NCBI GenBank assembly: GCA_038087875.1
Contig: JAXLNO010000213.1
Span: 62,001-126,000, forward strand
Origin: Malacoraja senta
Lineage: Eukaryota
DNA length: 64,000 nucleotides
Direction: 5' to 3'
This document shows positions 59,157-64,000 of this stretch, piece by piece. The first letter of the stretch is position 1; every line of letters starts with the position of its first letter. The position numbers were made by a program, and so were the translations under genes. Under the pieces are notes generated by a model, which saw only the letters and a list, made by a program, of their open reading frames with translations, had not been told where the DNA came from and did no database searches.

Positions 59157-59761
59157 ATTGGCCAAGTATTCACATACAAGGAATTTGCCTTGGTGCTCCG
59201 CCCACAAGTAAGAACATGACATACAGTGACAGTTACGGATGACTCAGAAAACACTAAACCTTAACAGTAATAAAACATTAATAATAAAACACCATTGATC
59301 AAGCATGTGAACCAACAAAATAACAGATCAAAGGGAGGCTATAGATTTTTGGCTGTTGAGTAGAGCAACTACTCGTGGATTAAAACAGTTTTTATGTCTG
59401 TCTGTGGCAACGTTAACAATCCGGAGTCGCCTTCCAGAGGGAAGTGATTCAAAGAGTTTGTGGCCAGGGTGAGAGGGGTCAGAGATGAACTTGCCCATTC
59501 GCTTCCTGGCCCTTGCAGTGTACAGTTCATCAATGGAGGGAAGATTGCAGCCAATAACCTTCTCTGCTGATCGGACGATTCGCTACCGCCTCCAGGGGAC
59601 GTGCTTGGTGGCTGATCCAAACCAGACCATGATGGAGAAGGTGAGAACAGACTCTACGATGGCCGTGAAGAATTGGACCATCATTGCCTGTGGCAGATTG
59701 TGCTTCCTCAGCTGCCGTAGGAAGTACATCATCTGTTGTGCCTTTTTGACCGTGGAGTCGA
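59154..59761 (-). mobile_element. Rex1/Babar-type LINE, 5'-truncated (ORF C-terminus + 3' UTR)
   Basis: Minus-strand translation DSTVKKAQQMMYFLRQLRKHNLPQAMMVQFFTAIVESVLTFSIMVWFGSATK...*RIVRSAEKVIGCNLPSIDELYTARARKR...DPSHPGHKLFESLPSGRR (Rex1 C-terminal signature); 3' UTR ends CCAATAAA and runs into the array. Confidence 0.92.
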
Positions 59762-59766
59762 AAGAT

Positions 59767-59781
59767 GATGATGGTGGTAGC
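59767..59781 (+). repeat. Right copy of the 15-bp direct repeat (candidate target-site duplication)
   Basis: GATGATGGTGGTAGC ~5 bp beyond the point where Rex1 homology stops. Confidence 0.7.
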
Positions 59782-59925
59782 AGAACTAGCTCGGGATACT
59801 TCCAGTTTCCAGCCCCGCGACGTGGACGCTTCTGCTACGGGGCCAGTGCAATTCCTGAGAGGATGGTGGTCGCACTGACTGTCACCACATTTAAGAAGTA
59901 CTGAGACTAATACTTTAGGTGAACG

Positions 59926-60208
59926 GGGAGTCCAGAACCAGGGGCCACGCACAGTTTAAGAATAAGAGGTAAGCCATTTAGAACGGAGACGAGGAAACAC
60001 TTTTTCACCCAGAGAGTGGTGAGTCTGTGGAATTCTCTGCCTCAGTGGGCGGTGGAGGACGGTTCTATGGATACTTTCAAGAGAGAGCTAATAAGGCTTT
60101 TAAAGATAGCGGAGTCAGGGGATATGGGGAGAAGGCAGGAACGGGGTACTGATTGGGGATGATCAGCCTTGATCGCATTGAATGACGACTATTGTCTATT
60201 GTCTATTG
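59926..60208 (+). mobile_element. CR1 LINE 3' end fragment with (CTATTGT)n tail
   Basis: Highly similar to 61284-61590 (GGGGAGTCCAGAACCAGGGG...GATCAGCC); tail CTATTGTCTATTGTCTATTG. Confidence 0.92.
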
Positions 60209-60452
60209 ATCCTATTGGACCTTGGACAGAAATAAACAATGCTTTATTTTCAGAATAAAATATGGAAAGTTGCAGTGGGAGATTGGTTTGCATGTACCGG
60301 AAGATTCAGTGCTGGTAGTTTAGATACATTTATAATTCAGTCTGGAGACCTGGAGGAATTCAGCGAAATCACACCAACATTAAATGAAATAACACAGTGC
60401 CATGGGTCATTTTTTCATTGGAAATCGTTAATTCTTATTTTCATCGAGGAAG

Positions 60453-61597
60453 TAAGGTCCCACATAGGAGATTAGTGGGCAAAATTAGGGCACATGGTAT
60501 TGGGGGTAGAGTGCTGACATGGATAGAGAAGTGGTTGGCAGACAGGAAACAAGAGTAGGGATTAACGGGTCCCTTTCAGAATGGCAGGCAGTGACTAGTG
60601 GGGTACCGCAAGGCTCAGTGCTGGGACCGCAGCTATTTACAATATACATCAATGATTTGGATGAAGGGATTCAAAGTAACATAAGCAAATTTGCAGATGA
60701 CACAAAGATGGGTGGCAGTGTGAACTGTGAGGAGGATGCTATGAGAATGCAGGGTGACATGGACAGGTTGGGGAAGTGCGCAGAAGTATGGCACATGGAG
60801 TTTAATGTGGATAAATGTGAGTTTATTCACTTTGGTAGCAAAAACAGGAAAGCAGATTACTATCTTCATGGCGTCGTTGGGAAAAGGGAAGTACAACGGG
60901 ATCTGGGCGTCCTTGTTCATCAGTCAATGAAAGTAAGCAGGGAGGTACAGCAGGCGGTGAAGAAAGCGAATGGGATGTTGGCCTTCATAACAACAAAGAG
61001 GACCTTCTGCAGTTGTACAGGGCCCTAGTGAGACCACACCTGAAGTATTGTGTGCAGTTTTGGTCCCCTAATTTGAGGAAGGACATTCTTGCTATTGAGG
61101 GAGTGCAGCGTAGGTTTACAAGGTTAATTCCCGGGATCGCTGGACTGTCATATGCTGAGAGAATGGAGCGGCTGGGCTTGTACACACTGGAATTTAGAAG
61201 GATGAGAGAGGATCTGAAAGAAACATGTAAGATTGTCAAGGGTTTGGACACGCTAGAGGCAGGAAACATGTTCCCGATGTTGGGGGAGTCCAGAACCAGG
61301 GGACACAATTTAAAAATGATGGGTAAGTCATTTAGAGCGGAGATGAGAAAACACTTTTTCTCATAGAGAGTTGTGAGTCTGTGGAATTCTCTGCATCAGA
61401 GGCAGGTTCTCTGGATGCTTTCAAGAGAGAGCTAGATAGGGCTCTTAAAGATAGCGGAGTCAGGGGATATGGGGAGAAGGCAGGAACCGGGTACTGATTG
61501 GGGATGATCAGCCATGATCTCATTGACTGGCGGTGCTGGCTCGAAGGGCCGAATGGCTTACTCCTACACCTATTGTCTATTGTCTGTTCTCTATTGT
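60453..61597 (+). mobile_element. CR1 LINE, 5'-truncated ORF2 RT + 3' UTR + (CTATTGT)n tail; frameshifted
   Basis: KVPHRRL..KIRAHGI, VTSGVPQGSVLGPQLFTIYINDL, SKFADDTK, FNVDKC, YRALVRPHLKYCVQFWSP, EGVQRRFTRLIPG, ESRTRGH. Confidence 0.96.
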
Positions 61598-61739
61598 CAT
61601 ATGTCCTACACCTTTCCCTCCTATTCCGTCTTATGCTTCATTTGCACGGTTGAATATCTCACCATATCTGACTGCGTTACAGTTGCCGTCGTAAATCTGA
61701 AGCGGAATAATCAATGCGAGGAAAACACATATTGATGGA

Positions 61740-61890
61740 GGAAATCCGCGGGTCGGGCTGCACCTGTGCAGGGAATGGACAGACGGCGTTTTGTGTCGGG
61801 ACCACGAAGAGGTCTTGGGAAAGGACCTATCAGGAAACAACAAACGCCTGTCTATCCCCACCACAAATGCTGCCTGACCCACTGAGTTCT
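61740..61890. repeat. Imperfect ~50-bp inverted repeat (decayed palindromic short element)
   Basis: Left arm GGAAATCCGCGGGTCGGGCTGCACCTGTGCAGGGAATGGACAGACGGCGTTT resembles the reverse complement of 61842-61890, AGAACTCAGTGGGTCAGGCAGCATTTGTGGTGGGGATAGACAGGCGTTT. Confidence 0.65.
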
Positions 61891-61964
61891 GATCTGCTCT
61901 CCGCTGCAGGGTGTGAAGCATTTGGAGAGGGCGTTATAGGTTTAGCATATTGATGAAAATACAA

Positions 61965-62240
61965 AGGCTAGAAGGCATGGGTTTGACGGAAGAGAGCAAA
62001 GTTCAACTGAAATGTGCGGGCCACGATTCTTCACACAGAGGGTGGCAGGTGCGCGTTTAATATTAGTGGTGCAGGATGTTAGTATCATGGAGTTTATGAG
62101 GTGTTCCTATAGGCACGTGTCTATACAAATACCTGAGGGATATGCATCATGTGTAAGCAGGTGACACTAATTTAACTTGACATCATGATCGGCCCAGATA
62201 TTATGAGCCGAAATGCCTTTTACTGTGCTGTGGTGTACTC
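61965..62240 (+). mobile_element. Old, diverged CR1-like 3' end
   Basis: TTCTTCACACAGAGGGTGGCAGGTGCG (FFTQRV motif) and a decayed terminal GAGCCGAAATGCC...TACTGTGCTGT. Confidence 0.55.
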
Positions 62241-63045
62241 CACACCCCCCCCCCGCCCGGCAATGACACTGTGTAATCCACATCCCCCCGCCCGCCCAGG
62301 ACACTGTGTAATCCACATCCCCCGCCCTGGACACAGTGTATTCCACATCACCCGCCTTGGACGCTATGTAATCCACATCTTCCCCGTCCGCCCAGGACAC
62401 TGTGTAATCCACATCCCCCGCCCTGGACACTGTGTATCCTCCCCACCCCGCCCGCCCACGACACTGTGTAATCCACATCACCCGCTCTGGACACTGTGTA
62501 TTCCACACCCCCCGCCCTGGACACTGTGTATTCCACATCACCCGCCCTGGACACTGTGTAATCCACATCCCCCGCCTTGGACACTGTGTAATACACATCC
62601 CCCGCCCACGACACTGTGTATTCCACATCACACGCTCTGGACACTGTGTATGCCACATCCCCCGCCCTGGACACTGTGTAATCCACATCACCCTCCCTGG
62701 ACACTGTGTAATCCACATCCCACGCCCTGGACACTGTGTAATCCACATCCCCCGCACGCCCACGACATTGTGTATTCCACATCCCCCGCTCGCCCACGAC
62801 ACTGTGTATTCCACGTCCCCCACCCGCCCACGACACTGTGTAATCACCATCCCCCGCCCTGGACACTGTGTAATCCACATCCCCCGCCCGCGACACTGTG
62901 TATTCCACACACCCCGCCCACGACACTGTGTAATCCACATCCCCCGCCCGCGACACTGTGTATTCCACACCCCCCGCCCAGGACACTGTGTTATCCACAC
63001 CCACCGCCCAGGACACTGTGTTATACACACCCACCGCCCGTCTAA
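62240..63045. repeat. 30-bp minisatellite ACACTGTGTA(A/T)TCCACATC(A/C)CCCGCCCTGG, ~25 copies
   Basis: Exact 30-bp phasing from 62461 to 62760, with a few 34-36-bp units; degenerate remnants continue to ~63470. Confidence 0.97.
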
Positions 63046-63477
63046 GGATCCTGTGTGACCCACACCCGCCGACCCGGGACACAACCCCTATGTAATCCAA
63101 AAATCTCCGGCACGGTTCTCAGTCTGGTCCACACTTCGTCGTCCCAGGGCTCTGTTTTATCGACATCCCAGGATCCTGAAACATGCATTGACACACCAGA
63201 ACCCAGGGCCACGTGTAACCTAACAACCCGTCCCGCGATTGAAAACCATGTGCAATCAGTGACACCATCTGTAATCCCAGAACACAGAACCCTGACCCGG
63301 CGTAATATTCACTGCCACTCTACGGCTTGGACCTAGTGTAATCCACACTCCTGTGCCATGACGCGGGCACTGTTTAGTTCAGGATATTTTCTTTCAATCC
63401 ACACACGTCGCCACATAAATCTGTGTAATCTACAACCCCATCCCAGGACCCAGAACACTGTGTGCTCCATAACCATT

Positions 63478-63890
63478 TGTAACCTTCCCTCCATTGATGA
63501 AATGTACACTGCAAGGACCAGGAAGCGAGCGAGCAAGATCATCTCTCATCCGTCGCACCCTGGCCACAAACTCTTTCAATCACTTCCCTCTGGAAGGTGA
63601 CTCCGGATGGTCAAAGCTGCCACAGCCAGACATTAAAAGTTTTTATCCACGAGTAGTTGCTGTACTCAGCAGCCAAAAATCTGTAGCCTCCCTTTGATCT
63701 GGTATTTTATTGGTTCACACGCTTGATCAATGGTGTTTTATCATTAATGTTTTATTATTATTAATGTTTAGTGTTTTGTAAGTCATTCGTAACTGTCACT
63801 GTTTGTCATATTGTTACTTGTGGGCGCAGCATCAAGGCAAATTCCTTGTATGTGAATACTTGGCCAATAAACTTACTTACTTACTTACTT
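63478..63890 (+). mobile_element. Rex1/Babar-type LINE 3' fragment with a short (ACTT)~5 tail
   Basis: CNLPSIDEMYTARTRKRASKIISHPSHPGHKLFQSLPSGR; 3' UTR closely similar to the reverse complement of 59157-59540; ends CCAATAAACTTACTTACTTACTTACTT. Confidence 0.93.
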
Positions 63891-64000
63891 AATAATCAAT
63901 ATGATTTGTCTGAGGACGTAGTGAATCCGCGCCACCGAGCTGGGCGCTGCTTTTTGATCCAAAACCTCCGTCCCAGAACCCTTTATGATCACACCCCAGA

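Noticed and set aside
62167..63100. Four overlapping 208-305 aa repeat ORFs
   Set aside because: A 30-bp unit keeps several frames open on both strands; this is a minisatellite artefact.
63460..63910. Target-site duplication for the short-tailed Rex1 copy
   Set aside because: Only weak ATAA(C/T)CA similarity between the flanks; not supportable.

Overview
Eukaryotic (vertebrate, probably cartilaginous-fish-like, inferred from the repeat families) repeat-dense window with no recognisable host gene. About 78% is one simple-sequence family built on the tetramer AAGT/ACTT: an inverted 1.95-kb piece at 1-1950 (next to a 200-N gap) and a ~48-kb array at 11201-59156. The main observation is that the 48-kb array appears to be the expanded 3' microsatellite tail of one 5'-truncated Rex1/Babar-type LINE (minus strand, 59154-59761). 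A sister copy at 63478-63890 ends in the same AATAAA followed by only ~5 ACTT units. A 15-bp direct repeat (GATGATGGTGGTAGC, 11171-11185 and 59767-59781) brackets LINE plus array like a target-site duplication. Inside the array, variants spread in fixed 8-bp steps (near the LINE) and 12-bp steps (elsewhere), with kb-scale higher-order duplications (one of exactly 2572 bp). The rest is decayed retroelements: a DIRS1-like tyrosine-recombinase element, a CR1 ORF1 esterase fragment, an internally deleted L1 and several CR1-group fragments, plus 38-bp and 30-bp minisatellites. All long ORFs in the array are repeat artefacts.
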